This document shows, piece after piece, positions 9,461 through 17,985 of a stretch of DNA of 64,000 bases (the stretch's first letter is position 1; every line of letters begins with the position of its first letter). Position numbers and translations under genes: made by a program. The DNA is from Oscillibacter sp. Lineage in GTDB: Bacteria > Bacillota > Clostridia > Oscillospirales > Oscillospiraceae. Location: assembly GCA_014799925.1 (NCBI GenBank), contig JAAVHC010000001.1:30998-94997 (forward strand). Reading direction: 5' to 3'. Under the pieces are notes generated by a model. The model was not told the origin of the DNA and made no database searches. It saw only the letters and a program-made list of their open reading frames with translations.

Positions 9461-9535
9461 TGGGCCAAATCCGCTCTTTGTGCGGTGGATATCCAGGCCT
9501 GCCGCACGGCAGCGGGCAAATGATGGGAGAATAGC

Positions 9536-10648
9536 ATGAGAAAATTCTTTCAACGCATGAAAGATGCGATCAAAGCCTTCGGCTTCAAGCAGTGGTTTCT
9601 GCTGATATTGAACATCGTGCTGGCCCTGGGGGCCGTTGGCTGTGCCGCGGGGGTGAGCCGGATCAGCGGCACGCTGACTTCGCTCACCGCGGCAAGCCGC
9701 TTCCAGGGGACGGGAGAGGGCCGCTTCGCACAGCTGGCCTGCTATCTGCCGGTGGACGACGGCAAGACGGAGGATGACATCCGCGCCTTCCGCCGGGACC
9801 TGGAGAACAAGGTGGTGGAGCAGTCCCTGGAGGCTCAGGAAGGGGGACGGCTGTACCTGGACGGATACAGCGGCGCCGCCACGCTGACCGTCAGATCGGA
9901 CAACGGCGGCAGCGCGGCGGTGAAGGCAGTCGGCGTAGGGGGAGATTTCTTCTATTTCCACCCTCTGCTCCTTCGGGGAGGGGCCTATATCAAAGAAGAT
10001 GACCTGATGGACGATCTGGTGGTGCTGGATGAAGAGATGGCCTGGAGGCTCTTCGGCGGCGTGGACCTGGCGGGATTGACGGTGTATCTGAACGGCGAGC
10101 CCTTTGTGGTTGCCGGGGTCGTTGCCAGGGAGACGGACTTTGCCACCAACCGGGCCTATACCGGCGATGGCGGCTTGTATATGTCCTTCTCCGCCATGAG
10201 CCGGCTGAATGAGAGCGCCGAGATTACCTGCTATGAGATCGTCATGCCCAACCCCATTACCGGTTACGCCGAGGGGATGCTGAAGGACGTCTTCCCGATT
10301 GGGGAAGGGGACATCGTGGAGAATTCCAGCCGGTACAGCCTTACCCACCTCTGGGAGGTCATTCAGAACTTCGGGCAGCGGTCCATGCGGAACAATGGCG
10401 TGATCTATCCCTATTGGGAGAACGCCGCCCGGCTGACGGAGGATTACGCGGCGCTGCTGGCGGTGCTGGTGGTGCTGCTGTCCCTGTGCCCGCTGACCTT
10501 TGTGATCGTACTGGGTATTCGCGATATCCGGCGGGCCTACCGCTTCGCCAAGGTCAGGATTCCGGAGAAGGTGGACGAGGCGGTGGAGAAGCACCGGGAG
10601 GTGCGGCTGGAAAAAGCCTATAAGAAAAAGCAGGAGGGTGAGGACTGA
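9536..10648 (+). CDS. Half-FtsX/MacB-like membrane protein: TM1, MacB_PCD-like extracytoplasmic domain, TM2, short basic tail; no FtsX TM3-TM4 bundle
   Basis: PCD-like motif VGVGGDFFYFHPLLLRGGAYIKEDDL..VVLDEEMAWRLFGGVDLAGLTVYLNGEPFVVAGVV. Only two hydrophobic segments (about residues 20-40 and 306-330). The stop overlaps the ATG of the next gene. Confidence 0.6.
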   Translation: MRKFFQRMKDAIKAFGFKQWFLLILNIVLALGAVGCAAGVSRISGTLTSLTAASRFQGTGEGRFAQLACYLPVDDGKTEDDIRAFRRDLENKVVEQSLEAQEGGRLYLDGYSGAATLTVRSDNGGSAAVKAVGVGGDFFYFHPLLLRGGAYIKEDDLMDDLVVLDEEMAWRLFGGVDLAGLTVYLNGEPFVVAGVVARETDFATNRAYTGDGGLYMSFSAMSRLNESAEITCYEIVMPNPITGYAEGMLKDVFPIGEGDIVENSSRYSLTHLWEVIQNFGQRSMRNNGVIYPYWENAARLTEDYAALLAVLVVLLSLCPLTFVIVLGIRDIRRAYRFAKVRIPEKVDEAVEKHREVRLEKAYKKKQEGED

Positions 10649-11931
10649 TGGCGGATCTGAGCCTGCGTAAGGTAAAAAAAGTATATGACAATACGGTAGT
10701 GGCGGTGCAGGCGTTCGATCTGGAGATCGCCGACAAGGAGTTCATCGTGCTGGTAGGCCCTTCCGGCTGTGGAAAGTCTACAACGCTGCGGATGGTAGCG
10801 GGACTGGAGGAGATTACCGACGGGGAGATTTACATCGGCGGCCGGAAGGTGAACACCGTATCCCCCAAGGACCGGGACATCGCCATGGTGTTCCAGAACT
10901 ACGCCCTGTATCCCCATATGACCGTCTACGACAACATTGCCTACGGCCTGAAGCTGCGGAAGTTCCCCAAACGGGTGATTGACCAGAAGGTCCGGGAGGC
11001 GGCGGAGATCCTGGACATTACGGAGCTCCTCAAGCGGAAGCCAAAGGCCCTCTCCGGCGGCCAGCGCCAGCGCGTGGCCATTGGCCGGGCCATTGTCCGG
11101 GAGCCCCAGGTGTTCCTCATGGACGAACCCCTCAGCAATCTGGATGCCAAGCTGCGCAACCAGATGCGCTCGGAGATCATCAAGCTGCGCCAGAAGGTGA
11201 ACACCACCTTCATCTACGTTACCCACGACCAGACGGAGGCCATGACCCTGGGGGACCGGATCGTCATCATGCGTGACGGCTTTGTCCAGCAGGTGGGCAC
11301 CCCGCAGGAGGTGTTCCATCATCCGGCCAACCTGTTCGTGGCGGGCTTCATCGGCACGCCGCAGATGAACATTTTTGACGCCCGGCTGGTCCGGGAGGGC
11401 GAACGGTACTTTGTGGCGGTGGGAGAGGGCGCGGCGGCCCACACCGTGGAGCTGTCGCCGGAGAAGCAGGCCCGCCTGCGTGCCTGCGGCGTGGAGTCCC
11501 AGCCGGTGAAGCTGGGACTGCGGCCCGAACACCTGACCCTCACAGAGTCGGACGACGCCGTCTACGCGGCGGTGGACGTGTCGGAGATGATGGGCAGCGC
11601 GGTGCATATCCACGTCAGCGCCTGCGGTCAGGATGTGGTCATCGTGGTGCCCCTCAGCGAGGAGGAGGACGGGGAGGCCCTGCCCATGGGCACGCCGGTG
11701 CGCTTCACCTTCCGGGGCAGCGCCGCCCATGTTTTCGACGTGGAGACCGGACGGAACCTGGAGTATCCCATTGCCCGGGAGTCCGAACCGGAGGCCCCCG
11801 CCGGGGAGGAACAGGGCCCTGCGGAGAAACCCGCCGCTCCCACGGAGGAAGCGCCCCCTGCGCCGGAGGGAATCCCGGAGCGGGAGACGCTGGACGATCC
11901 CTTCGCGGAGGACGACGGCCAGGAGGGATAA
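10648..11931 (+). CDS. MalK/MsmX/UgpC-type sugar ABC transporter ATP-binding protein with acidic, proline-rich C-terminal extension
   Basis: Walker A GPSGCGKST, LSGGQRQR signature, Walker B FLMDEPLSNLD, and a MalK-type regulatory C-domain. The last ~55 aa are low-complexity E/P/A-rich. Confidence 0.9.
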   Translation: MADLSLRKVKKVYDNTVVAVQAFDLEIADKEFIVLVGPSGCGKSTTLRMVAGLEEITDGEIYIGGRKVNTVSPKDRDIAMVFQNYALYPHMTVYDNIAYGLKLRKFPKRVIDQKVREAAEILDITELLKRKPKALSGGQRQRVAIGRAIVREPQVFLMDEPLSNLDAKLRNQMRSEIIKLRQKVNTTFIYVTHDQTEAMTLGDRIVIMRDGFVQQVGTPQEVFHHPANLFVAGFIGTPQMNIFDARLVREGERYFVAVGEGAAAHTVELSPEKQARLRACGVESQPVKLGLRPEHLTLTESDDAVYAAVDVSEMMGSAVHIHVSACGQDVVIVVPLSEEEDGEALPMGTPVRFTFRGSAAHVFDVETGRNLEYPIARESEPEAPAGEEQGPAEKPAAPTEEAPPAPEGIPERETLDDPFAEDDGQEG

Positions 11932-11982
11932 GCTGTAAGCTGTACATTAAAAAAGGGGACGTAAGGCTATGGAGAGTTATTA

Positions 11983-13362
11983 ATGAAAGGAAAATCCTGT
12001 CTGTTTCTGACGGTCCTCTGTCTCCTGCTGGCCCTCACCGCCTGCCAGGATACGACCAACCCCAGCCCCGAATCTGTGGACCCCGTCCCGGAGGTCACAG
12101 AGCCGGAGACGCCCGATCCCGCCCCCGTGGAAGAGCCGGAGGAGGAACCGGAGTCTGAACGATCCCAGCGGGAGCAGGACTGGATAACCGACTTGAACTA
12201 TCTGAGCCAAACCTACAAATCGGTCCACAAGGACCCTTTCTACCTTGTCTCGGAGGAAGAATTTGACTGGAAAATCGAGCGGCTGAAGGCGAAGGTGGGC
12301 CAGCTGTCCGACGAGGATATGTATTTTGAGATTGCGGCCTTGGTGGCCGGAATGGGCGACATCCATACCTTTGTCAACGCACCCCAAAGCTTGTATGACC
12401 GGCAGTTTCCGATCGGCACCCAACACTTCGGAGATAAATTATATTTAACGTTTTACTTGGAGGGCTATGAGCAGTTTGCGCCCTACCTGCTCCATGAGAT
12501 CGTGGCCGTGAACGGCATAGATATCACCTATCTTGAACAGAAAGCGGCGTCTCTTAATAACCCGTTCAGTTACTGGTACAGCAAAGAGAATTTTTGGCTT
12601 AATCCAATAGCGTTTCTTGACTGGGCAGGCTGTGATTACAAAGAGGGCTATACCATCGAGTTCCTGAACGACAACTGTGAGGTCGAGTCCGTTGAGGTTC
12701 CTGTGATAACCCCTGCGGTCATGCAGAGCGGGTCTCGTGTGCGCCATGAAAACTGGGACCAGCTTCTTTTCAAGAAATACGGAAACCAGGCGGAATATGT
12801 TTACGGTGAAAACGGCGGCCTTGTCTATCTGTCCCTTTCCAGTCTGTATGATGCTTCATCGATTACGGAGCCTTTTGAAGCGGCAATCGAGCTGATCAAG
12901 TCACATCCGGACTGCGGCAAATTGGTCCTCGACCTTCGCTCGCTCCCCGGTGGGATGGATGTCATGCTTGTATGGGTCAGAGCATATGTGCAGGATCTGA
13001 AAGACCTCTCCATTGGGAAGGTCTATGTTGCCGCCGGCGGTTATTCCGCATCCGCTGCAATCAGCTGCCTTGCTTCTTTCAAGAATGATCTGGGCGCGGT
13101 GATCATCGGTGAGCCTACAGGGCAGTTCACATCTTTTTTTGCCGGTACGCCTGGGGTGTACGTTCTCCCCAATTCCCAGATATCCGTTCATATTGCGCAC
13201 TTTTGGTATGAGGCAGGAACCATCGGCGAGGAGTACTACGACGAGGACGGCAAGCTCTACCCATGGGAGAGTACCATCCTCCCGGACGTGTATGTCTACC
13301 AGGACATTGAGGACATCCGCCAGGGGAAGGACAGCGTGCTTGAGTGGGTCCTGGCACAGTAA
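11983..13362 (+). CDS. Lipoprotein with S41 (C-terminal processing/tricorn-core type) peptidase-like domain
   Basis: Lipobox LTAC. Motifs LVLDLRSLPGG and GGYSASAAIS..IIGEPTGQ resemble the S41 catalytic region. RBS GGAGAG. Confidence 0.55.
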   Translation: MKGKSCLFLTVLCLLLALTACQDTTNPSPESVDPVPEVTEPETPDPAPVEEPEEEPESERSQREQDWITDLNYLSQTYKSVHKDPFYLVSEEEFDWKIERLKAKVGQLSDEDMYFEIAALVAGMGDIHTFVNAPQSLYDRQFPIGTQHFGDKLYLTFYLEGYEQFAPYLLHEIVAVNGIDITYLEQKAASLNNPFSYWYSKENFWLNPIAFLDWAGCDYKEGYTIEFLNDNCEVESVEVPVITPAVMQSGSRVRHENWDQLLFKKYGNQAEYVYGENGGLVYLSLSSLYDASSITEPFEAAIELIKSHPDCGKLVLDLRSLPGGMDVMLVWVRAYVQDLKDLSIGKVYVAAGGYSASAAISCLASFKNDLGAVIIGEPTGQFTSFFAGTPGVYVLPNSQISVHIAHFWYEAGTIGEEYYDEDGKLYPWESTILPDVYVYQDIEDIRQGKDSVLEWVLAQ

Positions 13363-13389
13363 ACATACAAACGATAGGGGGCATATGTT

Positions 13390-14064
13390 GTGCTCAAGCA
13401 CTATTTGAAAGTGTTTGCCGTGGCGGTCTGCTTCGGGATCGTACTGGCCGTTTTAAAGGAAAGGCTGGCTATTGACAGCACGCTGTTCTGGCAATGGTAT
13501 GTGGCTGCCGCCGCAGTCATCATCGTGGGCGCGATTGCGTTCAATATCCTGTACGCAAGGCGTTATGGGAAGAGGATGCAGGAGCTGGTCCCGCTTCTGG
13601 AGAACGGCCAGCCCGCGGCGTACCTTGCCGGCCTGGAGGAGCTCCTTGCAACTGTGAAGACCCGCGGCCTGCGGGATATGCTGCGGCTGAACCTGTCGGC
13701 GGGCTACTGCGAGCTGGACCGCTACGAGGAGGCAATCGCTGTTCTGGAGAGCTTGAAATTTGGCGGCAGCCGCGTCCCGGAGATGGTGCGCCGGCTCAAT
13801 CTGTGCGTGTGCTTGTTCCATACCGGACGGACTGCGGAAGCCATGGAGCTGTACCGCGCAAGCGAAAAGTGGTTCGCGCCCTACCGTGAGAAGGAGCCTT
13901 ACGGCGGCAATATCGCCGTGCTGGATATACACGCCGCAATGGTGGAGGGCCGCTACACGGAGGCCCGCGCTCTGCTGGACCACACCCGGAAGACCTGGGA
14001 CAGGCCCCGTCTGCAGAAATACTACGACCAGCTGGAGCAGCTGATGAAGGATAATAAACTATAA
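13390..14064 (+). CDS. Membrane-anchored TPR-like repeat protein (hypothetical)
   Basis: GTG start after AGGGGG. Two N-terminal hydrophobic segments followed by TPR-like helices (YCELDRYEEAIAVLESL). Confidence 0.5.
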   Translation: MLKHYLKVFAVAVCFGIVLAVLKERLAIDSTLFWQWYVAAAAVIIVGAIAFNILYARRYGKRMQELVPLLENGQPAAYLAGLEELLATVKTRGLRDMLRLNLSAGYCELDRYEEAIAVLESLKFGGSRVPEMVRRLNLCVCLFHTGRTAEAMELYRASEKWFAPYREKEPYGGNIAVLDIHAAMVEGRYTEARALLDHTRKTWDRPRLQKYYDQLEQLMKDNKL

Positions 14065-14072
14065 TATGGATG

Positions 14073-14113
14073 AAAAAGCAGGTCCGCGTCATTGAGGCGC
14101 GGACCTGCTTTTA
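14073..14113. terminator. Bidirectional intrinsic terminator between convergent genes
   Basis: AAAAAGCAGGTCCGCG-loop-CGCGGACCTGCTTTT: an 11 bp GC-rich stem flanked by an A-run and a T-run. Confidence 0.75.
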
Positions 14114-14118
14114 TAAGA

Positions 14119-15549
14119 TCAGGCCGCCCCGGAGGACTCTTCCTCCGGCTTCGGACTGGAGCTGAGGTTCTGGATGTCCGCGCTCCTGGCGTAGGCGTGC
14201 CTGCGGATAAAGAAGAAAAAGACGATATGGACGGCGGCGGTCACCGTCCAGCTGACGGGGTAGGAGGTGTAGAGGACGGCGGGCGTGTGGTAGACCTGAA
14301 AGATGGTGGCGATCCAGACCAGCCGGACGCCGCAGGCGCCCACCATGGATACCACCATGGGGATCATGGAACACCCCAATCCCCGCAGAGAGCCCACCAT
14401 GACGTCCATCACGCCGCAGAGGAAATAGGTGCTGCAAATGATTCGCAGGCGCTCCATGGCCTGAAGGATGACATCCTCCTCGCCGGGGGCGTAGATGGAG
14501 GCCAGGGCGTGGCCGAAGAAAACCACCAGGCGGCCCAGCACCAGGCCAATGGACACGACATAGGCCTGGCAGAGGATCAGGCACCGGTCTACCCGCTGGC
14601 ACTGGCCCGCGCCGTAGTTCTGACTGGTGAAGGTCAGATTGGTCTGATAAAAGGCGTTCATGCCGGTATAGACGAAGCCCTCGATGTTGGCGGAGGCGGC
14701 GGAGCCGGCAATGACGGCGGTGGAGCCAAAGGAGTTGATGGAGGACTGGATGACCACGTTGGACAGGGAGAAGACGATGCCCTGGAATCCGGCGGGCAGG
14801 CCCACCTGCAAAATCCGGCGGATGACCCGCTTATCCATTCGCAGCGCCTTCAGATCCAGGTGCAGCGGCCCCTGGTCCCGCGTCAGGCAGAGGAGCACCA
14901 GCACGGCGGAGATGGCCTGCGAGACAATGGTGGCCAGGGCTACGCCGGCCACGCTCATGCGCAGGACGATGACAAAGAACAGGTTCAGCAGGACATTGGT
15001 CACTCCGGCGATGGAGAGGAAATACAGGGGCCTCCGGGTGTCCCCCTGGGCCCGCAGGATGGCCGCGCCGAAATTATAGAGCATATTGAAGGGCATTCCG
15101 CAGAAATAGATCCGCAGATAGACGGTGGCCAGGTCAATCACGTCCGGCGCGGAGGCCGTCCAGACCAGCAGCCGGTGAGCAAGCGCCGCGCCGGCCGCTG
15201 TCAGGAACAGGCCGCTGAGCAGAGAGAGGGCGACAGCGGTGTGAACGCCGCTGGACACATCCTGTTCCCGTCCGGCGCCCAGATCGCGGGCCACCACCAC
15301 GTTGGTGCCCACGGAGAAGCCGATGAAGAGATTGATCAGCAGATTGATGAGGGAGGAGGTGGAGCCCACGGCGGCCAGGGCCTCCTTGCCCGCGTAGCGG
15401 CCCACCACCACCACGTCGGCGGCGTTGAACAGCAGCTGGAGCAGGCCGGAGAGCATCAACGGCAGGGCGAACAGCAGCAGCTTCACCGCCAGAGGACCGT
15501 GGACCATATCCATTTGATATCCGGATTTTTGTTGTTTTTCCCTGTCCAT
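14119..15549 (-). CDS. MATE family efflux transporter
   Basis: N-terminus ...GPLAVKLLLFALPLMLSGLLQLLFNAADVVVVGRYAG is typical of MATE/NorM. About 12 TM segments. Confidence 0.9.
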   Translation of the reverse strand: MDREKQQKSGYQMDMVHGPLAVKLLLFALPLMLSGLLQLLFNAADVVVVGRYAGKEALAAVGSTSSLINLLINLFIGFSVGTNVVVARDLGAGREQDVSSGVHTAVALSLLSGLFLTAAGAALAHRLLVWTASAPDVIDLATVYLRIYFCGMPFNMLYNFGAAILRAQGDTRRPLYFLSIAGVTNVLLNLFFVIVLRMSVAGVALATIVSQAISAVLVLLCLTRDQGPLHLDLKALRMDKRVIRRILQVGLPAGFQGIVFSLSNVVIQSSINSFGSTAVIAGSAASANIEGFVYTGMNAFYQTNLTFTSQNYGAGQCQRVDRCLILCQAYVVSIGLVLGRLVVFFGHALASIYAPGEEDVILQAMERLRIICSTYFLCGVMDVMVGSLRGLGCSMIPMVVSMVGACGVRLVWIATIFQVYHTPAVLYTSYPVSWTVTAAVHIVFFFFIRRHAYARSADIQNLSSSPKPEEESSGAA

Positions 15550-15732
15550 TTCCAGACTTCGCTCCTCTCATCCGCTGTCCGTCAGGACAGCAAGCATGTT
15601 ATACCATATCTTTCAGAAAAGAACAATCGTGAAATCAGAAAAAATAAGGGAAGAATGGGTGATTTTTTTCCATCTTCTTGAGCAAAACGCAGGAAGGGCG
15701 GAAAATTCTCTGTAAAAAATCCGTTTTCCCTC

Positions 15733-15780
15733 TTGACAAACTGTTCATACTGTGTATACTGTTTATATACAGATGAACAG
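15733..15780 (+). promoter_or_regulatory. Sigma-A-like promoter with overlapping palindromic operator upstream of the GntR gene
   Basis: TTGACA (15733..15738), 16 nt spacer, TATACT (15755..15760). Inverted repeat CTGTTCAT..N24..ATGAACAG spans 15741..15780. Confidence 0.5.
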
Positions 15781-15790
15781 AGGTGGATCC

Positions 15791-16168
15791 ATGGACATCA
15801 TCATCAGTAATTCCGGCGGACAGCCCATCTATGAGCAGATCTGCCGTCAGGTAAAGGGGGCCATCGCCACAGGAAAGCTCAAACCCGGCGAACCGCTGCC
15901 GTCCATCCGCTCTCTGGCCCGGGATCTGCGCATCAGCGTGATTACCACCAAGCGGGCCTATGAGGAGCTGGAACGGGACGGATTCATTCAGACTGTGGCA
16001 GGGAAGGGCAGCTTCGTGGCCCAGCAGGACCTGGAGCTGGCCAGGGAGAGCGGCCTGCGGGAGATGGAGGAGCATCTGACTGCCGCCCTGGAGCTGGCGC
16101 GGCAGAACGGGCTTGATTTGGAGGAGCTGGTCAATATACTGCGTGTACTCAATGAGGAGGAGCCTTAG
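15791..16168 (+). CDS. GntR family (YtrA-subfamily-like, short) transcriptional regulator
   Basis: ATG at 15791 after AGAGGTGGA. Winged-HTH motif LPSIRSLARDLRISVITTKRAYEELERDGFI. Confidence 0.9.
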   Translation: MDIIISNSGGQPIYEQICRQVKGAIATGKLKPGEPLPSIRSLARDLRISVITTKRAYEELERDGFIQTVAGKGSFVAQQDLELARESGLREMEEHLTAALELARQNGLDLEELVNILRVLNEEEP

Positions 16169-16260
16169 GCGGGCGGCCAATGCGCTCTGGAGCGCGGCAA
16201 TCCATTGGGTTTGCCGTACGGTAACGGAAAATTCTATGACATGGAGGAATCAATACAATC

Positions 16261-17121
16261 ATGGATACCAACGCGATTGAAATCAGAGGGCTTTGCAAGC
16301 GCTACAAGGACTTCGCCCTGGAGAATCTGAACCTGGATCTGCCCTATGGCTGCGTCCTGGGGCTGGTGGGCGAGAACGGGGCGGGGAAGAGCACCACCAT
16401 CCGCCTGATTATGGACGCCCTGGAGCGGGACGCCGGAACGGTGTCGGTGCTGGGTACGGACAACAGGAGCAGGGCGTTTCAGGACTTGAAGGAGGACATT
16501 GGCGTGGTGCTGGACGAGACCTTCGTCCCGGAGGTCATGAGCGCCAGACAGCTGGGAAAGGTCATGGCGGGGACCTACAGGAACTGGGACCAGGCCGCCT
16601 ACGACGGCTGGCTGAAAAAATTCCAGCTTCCCCTGGACAAGAAATTCAAGGACTACTCAAGAGGCATGACCATGAAGCTGGGCATCGCGGCGGCGCTGAG
16701 CCATCACGCGCGGCTGCTGCTCCTGGACGAGGCCACCGGGGGCCTGGACCCCATGGTCCGGGAGGAGCTGCTGGAGGTATTCGCGGACTTCGCCGCCCAG
16801 GAGACCGCATCGGGCCACGCGGTCCTGCTCTCCAGCCACATCGTCAGCGACCTGGAGCGCATCTGCGACTATATCGCCTTCCTGCATAAGGGAAAGCTGG
16901 TGCTGTGCGAGGAGAAGGATGTGCTGCTGGATCGCTACGGCATCCTGAAATGCAGCAAGGAGCAGCTGGCCAACATTCCGGAGGAGGCCATTCACGGCAA
17001 GCGGGTGGGGACCTATGGCGTGGAGGCTCTGGTGGAGCGTGAGTTTATGCCCCGCGACGTGGTAGTGGACCGCGCGAATCTGGAGGATATCATCCTGTAT
17101 ATGGTGAAAGGAGAGACCTAA
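16261..17121 (+). CDS. ABC transporter ATP-binding protein (ABC-2 type partner of the GntR regulator)
   Basis: Walker A GENGAGKST, signature YSRGMTMKL, Walker B LLLLDEATGGLD. Confidence 0.9.
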   Translation: MDTNAIEIRGLCKRYKDFALENLNLDLPYGCVLGLVGENGAGKSTTIRLIMDALERDAGTVSVLGTDNRSRAFQDLKEDIGVVLDETFVPEVMSARQLGKVMAGTYRNWDQAAYDGWLKKFQLPLDKKFKDYSRGMTMKLGIAAALSHHARLLLLDEATGGLDPMVREELLEVFADFAAQETASGHAVLLSSHIVSDLERICDYIAFLHKGKLVLCEEKDVLLDRYGILKCSKEQLANIPEEAIHGKRVGTYGVEALVEREFMPRDVVVDRANLEDIILYMVKGET

Positions 17122-17200
17122 CGCCGGTATGCTCTATATTGCGGGGAGCTTCTGAGCCTGCCGCAAAGTAACCAAATTTCTTTTATATGGAGGTAGTAAA

Positions 17201-17833
17201 ATGATTGGCCTGTTAAGAAAGGACCTGTTTGTGGCGGATAAATCCGGGCGGATGCTGCTGGTGCTGGCCGTGGTATTCAGTGTGGTGCCCGGAATGGGGA
17301 GCTTCGGATCGACTTATGCCATGATGCTGGCGCTGATGATGCCCATGACGTCCATTGCCTACGATGAGCGGAGCAAATGGGACAAATACGCCGCTATGCT
17401 GCCGTATACGCCGGGACAACTGGTATGGAGCAAGTACCTGCTGGCATATTTCTATACCGTACTGGGCGGGGGTATCATTGTGCTGGGTACGCTGCTGCGG
17501 GGATTTACCACAGGGACGGTGGACTGGAAGGAGACCATGGAGCTGGCCGCCCTGATGGGAGTGGTGATGCTGTTTGTCATGGCGCTTGGCCTGCCGGTGA
17601 TCTATCGGTTTGGTTCGGAGAAGGGGCGGTTTATGATGATTGTTATCATGGGCGTAGGCGTGGGCGCGGCCCTTGGAATCTTTGGCGTCTTTGGCGAACT
17701 GCCGGAATTGCCCCGCCTCCCGCTGCCGGCGGCAGCCGCCGTGCTCGCGGCGCTTGTGGCGGCCGCGACCTATGCCTCCTTCCGCCTGAGCGTGTATTTC
17801 TACAAAAGGCGTCAGAACGGGGCGTATGACTGA
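17201..17833 (+). CDS. ABC-2 family transporter permease
   Basis: Six hydrophobic segments. Position and size are typical of YtrA-type GntR/ABC/ABC-2 operons. Confidence 0.7.
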   Translation: MIGLLRKDLFVADKSGRMLLVLAVVFSVVPGMGSFGSTYAMMLALMMPMTSIAYDERSKWDKYAAMLPYTPGQLVWSKYLLAYFYTVLGGGIIVLGTLLRGFTTGTVDWKETMELAALMGVVMLFVMALGLPVIYRFGSEKGRFMMIVIMGVGVGAALGIFGVFGELPELPRLPLPAAAAVLAALVAAATYASFRLSVYFYKRRQNGAYD

Positions 17834-17985
17834 TGCGCTCATATTTGGCAGAAGCACAGGCGAAACGGGCGGATAGTCTGCAAAATTTGGCGAAACTGTG
17901 AAACCTTTTTCAGCATATTGACATAAAAATTCTTCCGTGCTACCATACCTGAGGAATTGAATTTTCCAGAAAGGAAGCGAAATGT

